Below are positions 25,319-37,057 of a stretch of 48,029 nucleotides of DNA, in pieces (position 1 is the stretch's first letter; each line of letters begins with the position of its first letter). The stretch spans positions 1-48,029 of the forward strand of contig JAXLNO010000379.1 of the NCBI GenBank assembly GCA_038087875.1, given 5' to 3'. The notes under the pieces are model-generated. The model saw only the letters and a program-made list of their open reading frames with translations. It did no database searches and had not been told where the DNA came from. A program made the position numbers and the translations under genes. The DNA comes from Malacoraja senta (taxonomy: Eukaryota).

Positions 25319-26044
25319 AATCGTGCATAACTGAGTCGTGTGGCGGCATCTGATAGCGACCCAAGGTCACGACGAACCATCGGCTCTCGAGGGAGGCGTC
25401 TTGGTGGGGGAGGCACGAGTCACGGGGTCGGTATCTGAGTTGTTATTTAAGGCCGGGCAACGCCCGTGTCAGGAGGAGTAGGGAGCTGTATGCAGAAGAT
25501 TAAACACGTCTAGAGCACACAACTTGTGTCCAACTAGTTTTCGGCTGGACTCCTGCCAGTCCCTGCCACAATAGCCTGGATTTGCATTATCTAACCTTTT
25601 GATGTCACAGTCAGCTATCTTGTGGACTGTTAAAATGGACTTGTTTGCTTTGTACACATTTGTTTGCTTTGAACACATTAAACGAATGTGATCCTTGCTG
25701 TCTTTGTGTGATGCCACAAAGGAACGATCTTTGCTGTGCAAAACATCATGTTACAATTGTAAATAGTGAATATCTACATGTTTGAAGAAAGTTAATTTTG
25801 GAAGAAATACAGCATTGTGGAGCTGTGAAGGGCGTAGGAAGGAACTCCAGATGCTGGTTTACATGGAAGATAGACACAAAGTGCTGGAGTTACTCAGCGG
25901 GACAGGTGGCATCTCTGGATAGAAGGAATGGGTGACGCTTTGGGTTGAGAACCTTCTGCAGACTGAGACTCAGGGGAGAGGGAGACATAGCTTTCGTGGG
26001 GGGGAACACGGTCACTAAAGCCAACCGGACACTAGGATTCCTTA

Positions 26045-26498
26045 AGGGCCTGTCCCACCAGCATGCGTCTAGCGCGACCAAACGTGGTCGCTTGAGGCGT
26101 ACGGCCGCGCGGGGCCAGTCCCACTTCGATCGGCGGAGGCGTATGGAGTTGTGCTGGGCTGGTCCCGACATCGCGCGGGGCTCTGAAAATCCTGCACTGT
26201 CCGAAAATTCCACGCACCAACGGCCTGTCGGCCCGCAGGCGCATTGAGGGCGTATGCGGCGTCTCGACGGTGTACGCAGCGTCTTGACGTCGTACGCAGC
26301 GTCTTGACGTCGTACGCAGCGTCATGATGGCGTACACCTAGCGCGTGGCGTTGCGCGATGACGTCACCGCCCGACGCCGTGCGATGTCCAAATTCAGTCG
26401 GCCCGCCTCTTGCCCAGCTGATGAGTTCGATGTAAAGTACGTCACGCGCGAACTTTGCACGAACTTACCGCAAACTTAATGCTGGTGGGACGGGCCCT
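26045..26498. mobile_element. PIF/Harbinger-type MITE
   Basis: Same TIR; TTA/TAA flanks; removal with a 3-bp duplication restores the host frame. Confidence 0.88.
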
Positions 26499-26764
26499 TA
26501 AGACGACACCTCTGGTTCTGCCCAAAGGAAGTGAAAACTACAGCATATACAACCTTAGTTAGACCCTTACTGGAATACGCTTCATGCGCCTGGGACCCAT
26601 ACAAAACTGGTCATATCAACAAACTAGAAGGGCTACAGAGGAAAGCAGCACGCCTTTGCATCGGGAACTACAATAGAGGTAGCAGTGTCATCCAGATGCT
26701 GTCCGACCTGGAGTGGGAAATGCTGGAAACAAGAAGGGCAAGGAACAGACTAGGTGTGTTGTAC

Positions 26765-27879
26765 TAACATAGACAACTCTTTCTCCTCCCCAGCTAATCT
26801 GTGCTGTGGGGTTCCACAAGGTTCCATCCTTGGCCCCATTCTCTTCTCCCTGTATATGCTCCCCTTAGGCCAAGTCATTGAAAGGCACGGCATTTCCTTC
26901 CATTGCTACGCAGACGATACACAACTCTATCTCCCCCTGAAGCCCAAAAACCAATCAAATCTGTTTAACCTTACCCACTGCCTCGAGGTTATAAAGTGTT
27001 GGATGGCCCAGAACTTCCTCCAACTAAACGAGAGTAAGTCTGAGGTCATCCTTCTCGGCCCCTCGGACTCAATCAAAATGATAGCAGGCAGCCTTGGAAG
27101 CCTTACCCCACTACTCAAACCTGACGTCAAAAACCTTGGCCTGATATTTGACTCAGCACTGAAATTTGACAAACAAGTCAATGCCGTGGTAAAAGCTAGC
27201 TTCTTTCAGCTTCGGCCGATAGCTAAAATAAAACAATTCCTCCAGTTTGATGACCTGCAAAAGATCATCCACACATTCATCTCCTCCCGCCTAGATTACT
27301 GCAACTCCCTTTACACTGGCATCAGCCAACCTTCCCTGTCCCGCCTGCAACTGGTCCAAAACGCCGCAGCGAGACTCCTGACGGGCACCCGGAAAAGGGA
27401 CCACATCACCCCGATCCTGGCCTCTCTCCACTGGCTCCCTGTGCGGTTCCGTATAAACTTCAAGATCCTCCTCCATGTCTACAAAGCCCTCAATGGGCTT
27501 GCCCCCACCTATATAAAAAGTCTTCTCACCCACCACTCCACCTCCAGGCCCCTCAGATCGGCCGACTTGGGGTTGCTGAATATCCCACGGTCTAGGCATA
27601 AGCTCAGGGGCGACCGGGCCTTTGCGGTTGCAGCCCCTAGACTGTGGAACAGCATCCCCCTTCCCATCAGAACTACCCCCTCCATCGACTCTTTTAAGTC
27701 AAGACTAAAGACTTATCTAGACTCCCAAGCCTTTCCTGACGTCCTCTGAGTGAGGGCTACATGTATATATGTATGTAGTTTGTTTTGTTTGTGCTATTCT
27801 TATAACAAATGTAAAGCACTTTGACCAACGAGAGTTATTTTTTAAATGTGCTATATAAATAAATGTGACTTGACTTGAC
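26765..27879 (+). mobile_element. Young L2 LINE, 5'-truncated
   Basis: GVPQGSILGP, HCYADDTQLY, SRLDYCN and LHWLPV in one open frame; AATAAA(GACTT)n tail; TTGTAC duplication. Confidence 0.95.
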
Positions 27880-28796
27880 TTGTACAAGATTCAAAAGGGG
27901 ATGGTGGGCACAACTGCAGATAGATACATAACATACTCAACAGAAAGGAGAACAAGAAAGAGAAACGACCTGCAAATAGAAACCCCATTCGCCAAGACAG
28001 ATATTTATAAGAACTCATTCTTTGTAAGAACCTTAAGGGAATGGAATAAACTATACAACAATATAGTCCAATCACTTTCACTGGACAGTTTTAGGGGGGC
28101 ACTAACAGCACGTTAGTGTGCACAACACATCCAAGTTGGCGATATGCAGAGTACTGCCCTGCCGACTACACATTCAGAAGGTTCATGGAGATATGGGTGA
28201 GGTGTGAAAAAGAGAGATCAAGGATCAAAGAGGCCGAAGTTCAAGGAAGATGTAGAATGGATCATTGTTAGATGAGGGGAAGGTGACAACGAGGCATACA
28301 ATCAGTACAATTTAATCAGGAGGACAGTGAAAAAGGGCACAGTAGAGAGGCTTAGTAACGTGGTGTTAAGAAAACAACCTCTTCCTCAATATCAGTAGGA
28401 GCTAGTCATCGACTTAAGGAAGCTGGATGGAATACACGTTCTACGTATTAATAGCCATTAGCTTCAAATTCCTAGGTGTAAATATCACCAAGAATTCAGA
28501 ATTTTACATCCTCTGACTTTTACCATGACTGCATTCCAGTTATTATCAGGGTAATTGATATCCCCCACTGTAAAGGTCTTAGTTTTTCCAAACAGTTGTC
28601 TACAGATTTGTTTTTCTATCTCCTTCAGCTGGGGGTCAGTAGTCCCAACATTGTGGCTGCCTCTTTTTCTCTGTTGTTTAGCTTATCTGTGCAACTTTAG
28701 TAGATAGTTTTACAGTAAACCCTCCTTATTACAGACCTTCACCTAATGGATTTTGGTTGTAGAGTCAATTCAAGTCAAGAGTCAAGAGAGTTTCAT

Positions 28797-31199
28797 TGTT
28801 ACCGTCCACATGGGCGGGCTTGAGGCGGCCGACGGAGACAAACTCCTCCCGGCCACCCACGTCCAACGTGAACGTGGCGACTCCGGCCCGCAGCACTCGA
28901 AACATCCCCTCGTAGACCCGCTGCAGTCAAGTCAAGTCACATTTATTTATATAGCACATTTAAAAAACAACTCTCGTTGGCCAAAGTGCTTTACAATTGT
29001 TATCAGAATAGTATAAATAAAACAAACTACATACATATATACATGTAGCCCTCACTCAGAGGACGTCAAGAAAGGCTTGGGAGTATAGAGTTTTTAGTCT
29101 TGACTTAAAGGAGTTGATGGAGGGGGCAGTTCTGATGGGAAGGGGGGATGCTGTTCCACAGTCTAGGAGCTGCAACCGCAAAGGCTCGGTCGCCCCTGAG
29201 CTTATGCCTAGACCGCGGGATATTCAGCAACCCCAAGTCGGCCGATCTGAGGGACCTGGAGGTGGAGTGGTGGGCGAGAAGACTGTTAATGTAGGTGGGG
29301 GCAAGCCCATTGAGGGCTTTGTAGACATGGAGGAGGATCTTGAAATGTATACGGAACCGCACAGGAGCCAGTGGAGAGAGGACAGGATCGGGGTGATGTG
29401 GTCCCTTTTTCGGGTGCCCATCAGGAGTCTCGCTGTGGCGTTTTGGACCAGTTGCAGGCGGGACAGGGAAGATTGGCTGATGCCAGTGTAAAGGGAGTTG
29501 CAGTAATCTAGGCGGGAGAATGAATGTGTGGATGATCTTTTCGAAGTCATCAAAGTGGAGGAATTGTTTTATTTTAGCTATCGTCCGAAGCTGAAAGAAG
29601 CTAGCTTTTACCACGGCATTGACTTGTTTGTCAAATTTCAATCCTGAGTCAAATATCACGCCAAGGTTTTTAACGTGAGGTTTGAGTAGTGGGGTAAGGC
29701 TTCCAAGGCTGCCTGCTATCTAGCGCCTGCTAGTGGGGTAAGGCTTCCAAGGCCACTGCATCATTTTGATGCAGTGGCGAGCGGTGAGCGTCCTGCAGAG
29801 GAAAACATAGGCACACTGTTGTAACACCACGGGCACATGCACTGTGGACGACCCATGCCTGGAAGTGGGATTGCGGGACGGGCAGAGGCGGGCTACGCGG
29901 GGCCATACGACCGCCCCGCAAGTCGACGACGAGAGAGAACGCGTGCAGGAAATCGGCTCCTAATAGCGTCTGGGCAACATTCGCGACAACAAACGTCCAC
30001 TTGTACGAGCGGGAGTCGAAGTGAGGTTAAGGGTCCGCGTACCGTACGTTCGAATGTCGCTCTCGTTAACGGCCGAGAGGACAGGGCCCTTCTTACCAGC
30101 ACGGGTATCACAGCCGGTCGGGGGGAGAATGCTGACGATCGCGCCGGAGCCCACCGGTAAACGGCGGCCGGAATGGCGGTCGCGGACGTGGAGGTGTATG
30201 TTCTGGCCGATCGCGTTCGCCTCTACGGACGATCGGCCAAGGCATTTCCCTGAAACGTGCATGGCGAGCGGCAGCGTCGGGCCTCCGCGCCGAAACGGAG
30301 GTGGTAGTAGCACCAATGGCGCCTACTGCGAGTCTCGGGACGCTGCTGCTGTTCCTCGGCGGAAGCTGAGGGCGTGCCTTCCTCACGTTGCGGCCGAGGC
30401 GGCAAGCGAGCTGGTGCGGACACGCGGCCGATGCCGCAGACCTCTTGACATCAGGTCATCTCCAGCTCGACGGCTCGCTCCGCGAGCTGCTGGGGGTCAA
30501 TGAAGTCCGCGCCGGCGAGCATCAGACGGACATCGTCGGGCATTTGTTCGAGGAACGCCTGCTCGAACAACAGGCACGGGCGGTGTCCATCCATCAGCGC
30601 GAGCATCCTGGCCATCAGGGCGGACAGACGCCGATCTCCCAGGCTGTCCATGTGCAGGATGCGGGCGACACGGTCCCTTCGGCTGAGTCCGAACGTATGC
30701 AGCAGAAGGGCCTTGAGGCCGTCATATTTGGCCGTTGCAGGTGGGTCCCGGAGGTAGGGCAGTAGACAGGAGGAAGATACCTCGTCTCATCCGCTGTAAT
30801 ATGGCGCAGATGGAACTGCGCCTCAACGTGTGCGAACCACACTTGAGGCTGATCAGTCCAAAACGGGGGGCAGTTTATGACTGACTGCGTTCTGCTGGGC
30901 GCCGGTCGCGCCGGCGGGAAATCAATTGTCCTGCATATTCTTCTTCGTCCAACTTCGGCTGGACGCGTCGGGGTCACCAATTTGGCGGATGTAGACAAAA
31001 GTCGGATTTTTAAACCAAGTTTTATTCACAAAACAGTTTAACGACGCGTCTAACAAACACTAATACAGATCTAGCCACAACGGTGGTCTCGATTGACTGA
31101 CTGGGCACATCCCAGAAAACGTGACTCCTCCCAGTCACGTGTTCGAGGAACCCAACCGCAGGGTTCGATTACTTGCGAGTACCAGCAGGTGCCGCTACA
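28797..31199 (-). mobile_element. CsRn1-clade Ty3/Gypsy LTR retrotransposon, internally deleted
   Basis: 5' LTR 31199-30981 starting TGTAGCGG, PBS TGGTGACCCCGACG, gag PPFW..WF..EAQF..IT.D.TRY with CYYH..FG..A..C..PC knuckle, degenerate protease, integrase C-terminus LQRVYEGMFRVL..VSVGRLKPA. Confidence 0.88.
28926..29770 (-). mobile_element. L2 LINE, second copy, inserted in the Gypsy integrase
   Basis: Reverse complement of about 27070-27879; ACTGCA duplicated on the - strand. Confidence 0.93.
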
Positions 31200-32557
31200 A
31201 TAGACTGTTATTGTTCAGAGCTTGTTTGATGTCGTGTTTAATAGCCTGATGGCTGTGGGGAAGTAGCTGTTCCTGAACCTGGATGTTGCAGTCTTCAGGC
31301 TCCTGTACCTTCTACCCGATGGCAGTGGAGAGATGAGTGTGTGGCCAGGATGGTGTGGGTCTTTGATGATGTTGCCAGCCTTTTTGAGGCAGCGACTGCG
31401 ATAGATCCCCTCGATGGTGGGGAGGTCAGAGCCGATGATGGACTGGGCGGTGGTCACAACTTTCTGCATTTTATTCCGCTCCTGGACCTTCAAGTTGCCG
31501 AACCAAGCCACGATGCAGCCGGTCAGCATGCTCTCTACTGTGCACCTGTAGAAGTTAGAGAGAGTCCTCCTTGACATACAGACTCTCCGTAATTTTCTCA
31601 GGAAGTAGAGGCGCTGCTGTGCCCGCTGTAATCAGACACCACTGTCCATCTAAGAACACGGGCTGCTGGTCACACGGCAGAGGTCACTGAATTTGACAAG
31701 TCATTGAAATTTTTTTTTATTTTATTTTTTTAATTTTTATTTATTAGAAGTACATTACATTACAACCACATACATTAATACTCGTCATTTATATCATCTT
31801 ACAATTAATGTACTCCCTTTATTTATTTTTTTACACTAGAGAAAGAAAAGATTGAAAGAGAGAAGAAAGTGAAGGAATTGCTTCGATCGACACTTAACTC
31901 TATTAAACAATGTAACAATAGCCGTCAGTATTTTTAGCTTGAAGTAACAAAAATATATTTCTAGCTGTTAATAAGGATCGGCAAGTTAGTGTATTTGGAA
32001 GGAGAAACAGAGAGTTAACGTTTAACATTGATGCCTTTTCACCCTGAACTCCGGGCGGGCAGTCGGTCATGGGGGTCTCACTTAGAGCAGGACAGGGTTT
32101 TCTCACACCACCACCCCAACGCCCCAGACCACCCATTTTGCTCTCAATCTCTGAATGCGGGAATCAGCAGCAGGGGCAGCGGTTATTAACGGACACCACC
32201 CACCCCCCCCCACCCCTGCCCGCACCCCCCCCCCCATTGTCTGTTATAATGAGGGCTTATTGTAGAGCATATCTGACCATTCTTAAACTTTTATTTATTT
32301 CTTTAATCATTGTTGCCACTCTGGTCCCTCTTCAGTAACTCTTTTCTTCCTTACCTGCATAGCCTAGCCATCGCTGGGTCAATGGTCTTGGCTCGGTTGT
32401 ACTGCTCTGGGAAACCTTCTCCGCTATCAGTATTTACAACCAAATATTGAGTATAGAGCAATATGCTCCCAGGGGCTTTCTCTCTCATTTTGTCTGTCTG
32501 GTAATCATCCGCTCACTTTCTATCTGTGTTCTGTTGAGCTACTCGCTAATTCCTGAA

Positions 32558-33153
32558 ACATTCATAGCAAAAGGATTTGAGTATAGGAGCAGGGAGGTTC
32601 TACTGCAGTTGTACAGGGTCTTGGTGAGAACCACACCTGGAGTATTGCGTACAGTTTTGGTCTCCTAATCTGAGGAAAGACATCTTGCCATAGAGGGAGT
32701 ACAGAGAAGGTTCACCAGACTGATTCCTGGGATGGCAGGACTTTCATGTGAAGAAAGACTGGATAAACTCGGCTTGTACTCGGCTTGTATTCTTAGGGGG
32801 TTGGACAGGCTAGATGCAGGAAGATTGTTCCCGATGTTGGGGAAGTCCATGGCAAGGGGTCACAGTTTAAGGATAAGGGGGAAGTCTTTTAGGACCGAGA
32901 TGAGAAAAACATTTTTCACACAGAGAGTGGTGAATCTCTGGAATTCTCTGCCACAGAAGGTAGTTGAGGCCAGTTCATTGGCTATATTTAAGAGGGAGTT
33001 AGATGTGGACCTTGTGGCAAAGGGGATCAGGGGGTATGGAGAGAAGGCAGGTACACGATACTGTTGGATGATCAGCCATGATCATATTGAATGGCGGTGC
33101 AGGCTCGAAGGGCCGAATGGCCTACTCCTGCACCTATTATCTATGTTTCTATG
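32558..33153 (+). mobile_element. CR1 LINE 3' fragment with a small deletion
   Basis: Near-identical to the 7137 and 21345 copies. Confidence 0.92.
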
Positions 33154-33644
33154 TAAAAATGCACTCTGCCTCAGTGGTCACCCGTGCCTCAAGGTCCAAA
33201 ACCTCATGTTTCAGGCTCCACTGATTAATGTTATGCCCTGAGTTCCTAAATGAGACGGATCTAAGATGCCCCATCATAACTCTCTTTAAAATCTCATTGC
33301 CTGTTTATTACAAGCAGCCAAAAAGTAGCAGAAAGCACTTTCTCTCCCTGCTTCACCTAATTGTCCTACTCACCAATATCCTGAGCTCTGTACTCTGTAC
33401 TGGATTATCGAAACCCGTCTTTATCTATAACAGACACAATAGCAAAGGCACGTGTCGATGCTGCTAACAGTAATTTCCATATTAACAAGTACGGGCCAGC
33501 TACATAATTAACCTCATATAATAAAAAGGAACTGCAGATGCTGGGTTATACCAAAGATAGACACAACATACTGGAGTAACTCTGCGGGTCAGGCAGCATC
33601 TCTAGAGAAAATGGATAGGTGACGTTTCGGGTTGGGTCCTTTCT

Positions 33645-34172
33645 TTATTTTGTATTTTTTATTTTATTTATTATTATTTTTTTATTAGAAGCATTGTACA
33701 TACACCTTAATCATGATATGCAACATAATATGTTTCGTGTACAACTTCTCTTTTTTCTCTCAAACTTCAACCTGCAATAGAAAAAGAGAAAAGAGAAAGA
33801 AGAGAAGAATGAGGATAGTAGCGAAGTGTAGTCCGCAGTAGTTGGCGTTAAAGGAATGACGATGGTTAAGTAAACTGCGTGCTTGAGAATGTGGGGAAAA
33901 AAAGGAAAGAAAAAAGAAAAGAAAACAGGCCCCAAAGAGAAGAGGGCCTTAAGAAGGGAAAGGAAATAAGTAAAAAATCCAAAGAAGGTAGAGCTAAACA
34001 AAAAAGAAAGGGGATGTGCCTAATTCATAACGATTCACACCCATCATCTAGTTCTAAAACAATAACTTTCTGGGGTTATGCTGCACCATATTATACTTGT
34101 AACAAATCAATAAAAGGTGACCATATTTTTAAGAATTGTTCTTGTTTTCCTGCCAGAACCAGTCTCCTTTCT
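33645..34172 (-). mobile_element. L1/Tx1-like 3' end with A-rich tail
   Basis: Antisense reads ERLVLAGKQEQFLKIWSPFIDLLQV-stop, followed by a T-rich UTR and poly(A). Confidence 0.65.
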
Positions 34173-34822
34173 TTAGACTGATTGGAGGCCCTCATTGGAA
34201 ACCCTCGGACTATCGTTGATCGGACTTTACTGGGATTTATCCTGCACTAAACCTTATTCACTTTATTTCCGTTATCATGTATCTGTACACTGTGGACGAC
34301 TCAATTGTAATCATGTATTGTTTTTCCACTGACTGGTTAGCACGCAAGAGAGGCTTTTCACTGTACCTCGATACATGTGACAATAAACTCAACTCAACTC
34401 AATAATGTAGTAGGGAGAGCGAGGTTAAAAAAAACTGGAAGCGAAAAAAGGCAGGACAAATCAGGGCCGGCATTAGATGTTCTCGGTGAGGAGGTTCCCT
34501 GAAAGGCAGATTGCTAGATAGAGATAGGAGAGATTTATAGTTGTGAACTGGAGAATTCATACTGTCTGGTTGTAAGCTACCCAAGTGAAATATGAGGTGC
34601 TGTCCCTCAAATTTGCTAGTGGCCTCACTAACCTGTCTTGCGTAAATCTCTGTGGTTCTATTGCTATTTGAACTTCTATTGTCATATATTATAGAATTGG
34701 TAGCTGTAAACAGTATTAGTCACTTGACATTCACACTTTGATATATTATGTTTTACGTAGATGTGCGATCTGGAATCCGAGAAGGAACCCCTGGATTTCA
34801 GTGAAGAGCATGGCAGAGGAAG

Positions 34823-35068
34823 ATGGTAGAAGCCTATGATTCCAGTGCCCAGGATGCAAAAATGGATGGAGCGTGCCAACTTGGGTCCAAGCAGCAAATG
34901 CCATCCATTTCCGCTCACTCATTTACAAAGTTGTTGAAGTTTCACCGAGAGGTCTTGGTGGGTCGTATCACAAACACAGAGTGCGTGCTGAACAACCTGC
35001 TGAAACACAAGTACATTTCCCGCGAGGAAGCCGAGCTATCACAGCAGCAGCCAACACAAGCAGCTAAG
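34823..35068 (+). CDS. NOD1: NOD1 coding exon 1, N-terminal half of CARD (acceptor ends 34760; start ATG 34823 or 34862)
   Basis: Translation FTKLLKFHREVLVGRITNTECVLNNLLKHKYISREEAELSQQQPTQAAK matches the NOD1 CARD. In-frame upstream stop at 34802, acceptor ttttacgtag, donor AAG/gtaagg in phase 0. Confidence 0.93.
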
Positions 35069-35329
35069 GTAAGGATTCAATCGCCCCTTGGCATTGCTCT
35101 GTGGATTAGAAACCTGTTTCATGTGAATGGATTTCGTTTAATCACTCGTGTCTTTGGAAGAGTTGTGTCAGCATGTATTGTCAGGGGGCATTGCTTCGCA
35201 TTGGGATTCTCCTGTCATTTACAAACTTCTAGGAAAGAACTGGGGTCTGGCAGTCCTGAGATGAGTTGTGTGAAAGCCTTGCGGAGTTTTGAGAGGCTCG
35301 GCAAGGCCAGCAGTATAATCACGGACGTC

Positions 35330-35670
35330 GCACCCTGGCCACTCCCTCTTCTCCCTTCTCTATTCGGACAAAAGGTATAAAAGTGTGAAAAAGCACACCT
35401 CCAGAATCAGGGACAGCTGTTATCAGGCAACTGAACCATCCTACCCCAACTAGATAGCAGTCCTGAACTACTATCTCTCTCATTGGACACCTTGGACTAT
35501 CCTTTGATCGGACTTTACTGGCTTTATCTTGCACTAAACGTTATTCCCTTATCCTGTATCTGTACACTGTGGATGGCTCGATTGTAATCACGTATTGTCT
35601 TTCTGCTGACTGGTTAGCACGCAACAAAAGCTTTTCACTGTATCTCGGACAATAAATTAAACTCAACTAA
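35330..35670 (+). mobile_element. Rex/Babar-like 3' end (related copy at about 34190-34400)
   Basis: The two copies share TGATCGGACTTTACTGG..GCACTAAAC..TGTACACTGTGGA. Confidence 0.6.
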
Positions 35671-35759
35671 AAGGTTGGCGTTTGGGAGAGAACTTAATCC
35701 AAGCCAGGCTGCGATGGGAAAGGAGATTCTTGAAGCAGTTTCTCAGAGAAGGATATAAA

Positions 35760-36411
35760 CAAGAGCGGAACTCGCTATCAAAACATGGAGGGGACGGGGG
35801 ACACAATTTTTTTGGCGGCCACGCACGCATGCGCGCACACACACACACGCGCGCGAGGCTTCGGAGGCTCAGTCCAGCGTTAAATGCAGCTCAACACTGC
35901 CTATCTCACCGGGTTAACTACAGCCCTGCCTGGACTGACGGGATACCAGCGCTGCTTCTCCACGCTGGCCATATTTCCCGCAAGCCCAGGCAGGACAGTC
36001 AGAGTTGAGCTGGGTTTAGTGCTGTTTCTCTGCGCTGGCTGTGGGCCTGGGGGCACAGCTCGCGTCTGACTCCCGACCTCTCTGGCCACCCGCGGGGGGG
36101 TACTCGGGAGGGGACAGGACAGCGCCGGAGACCCGGCCGGGATCGATCCTGCCTGCGGATGAGGTGCTGGTCTGTGCCACGTCTCCCTCCTCCAATCGCC
36201 GCACTCTATCCTCAGTCCAACCCCCCCCCCCCCCCACTCCTCCCTCCTCCAATCATCGCGCCCTCGATCATCAGTCCCACCCCCACTGCCTCGCGGAAAG
36301 CGGAGATTTTAAAATACGGATCACAAAAACTTGGGGGGATGTCCCCCACCTCTCAAAACATGGGGGGGGGGGACATGTCCCCTCTGGCCCCCCCCGGGTT
36401 TTCCGCCCCTG
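35760..36411. mobile_element. hAT-like non-autonomous DNA transposon
   Basis: Imperfect TIR CAAGAGCGGAA/TTCCGCCCCTG; 8-bp flanks GATATAAA/GATATAGA; subterminal CAAAACATGG-GGGGAC repeats. Confidence 0.7.
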
Positions 36412-37057
36412 GATATAGATATTTGCCAACACAAGAGACAATGGTCAGGATAGAGATATTTATTAGCATTGGATATTATGGCAACTATCTGGGCTATTGG
36501 ACATCGTGCAGAGATGATTACAAGACAATGAATTTGTAAGGTCTCAAGCGAGTGGATAATCTAATGGTACTTAAAGCTGGCATGCAAACCTCCACTTTCC
36601 CTGGGTAGCTTAATGTTGGACATCAAGCAAAAATGAAAGTCGAAGTTTCATTCAGCAGGTTCCTGCAGAGCAAAGAACCTCTTGCACAATTAGTTAGATA
36701 ACATTTTGCATAGAATTCACTCCAAAAATGAAAGGTAGAACACCCCTAATTGCACATGCATAATGAGATTGGTGGTCATTTAAAATTGTCAAACATCTTG
36801 CCATTTTATTTTTAATAGTAAAGTTAAGGTTAGTAGAGAAACTTTGTCATGATAAATATAACAATATATCTTTCAACAAATTTTCAAAACTCTACTCAAT
36901 TTTGAAATTTAAAATGTTGGTAATTAGGAAGTTCAAAGGAAAATTTTTAAAAAAGGTTTTTGTTTAGAGTTAAATTTACATTCAAACCCAAATTTCTTGC
37001 GTCCCAAAGCAGTGATATCCAACCTTTCCAAACTGTCTGAATGAACACCCTCTGTAA

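Larger units (their letters stand above)
25995..28186 (+). mobile_element. CR1-group LINE of a different lineage, split by a MITE and an L2
   Basis: Removing the two inserts rejoins KANRTLGFL-RRHLWFCPKEVKTTAYTTLVRPLLEYASCAWDP...RLGVLY-KIQKG...KNSFFVRTLREWNKL in one frame, stop at 28116. Confidence 0.85.
28764..31622 (-). mobile_element. Rex1/Babar LINE 3' end (ORF 31215-31620, tail about 28764-28797) hosting an LTR element
   Basis: Same family as 23033-23668; the CAAGAGAGTTT..ATTGT tail is displaced to 28770-28799. Confidence 0.75.

Noticed and set aside
30964..30979. tRNA-Trp 3' end match
   Set aside because: Only 14 nt including CCA, adjacent to an LTR, so it is a primer-binding site.
1..34700. 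Exons of a neighbouring gene such as GGCT (adjacent to NOD1 in human)
   Set aside because: I found no matching peptides by eye; small exons could have been missed.
35069..35380. C-terminal part of the 185-aa ORF
   Set aside because: Intron read-through after the AAG/gtaagg donor; NOD1 similarity resumes at 39821.
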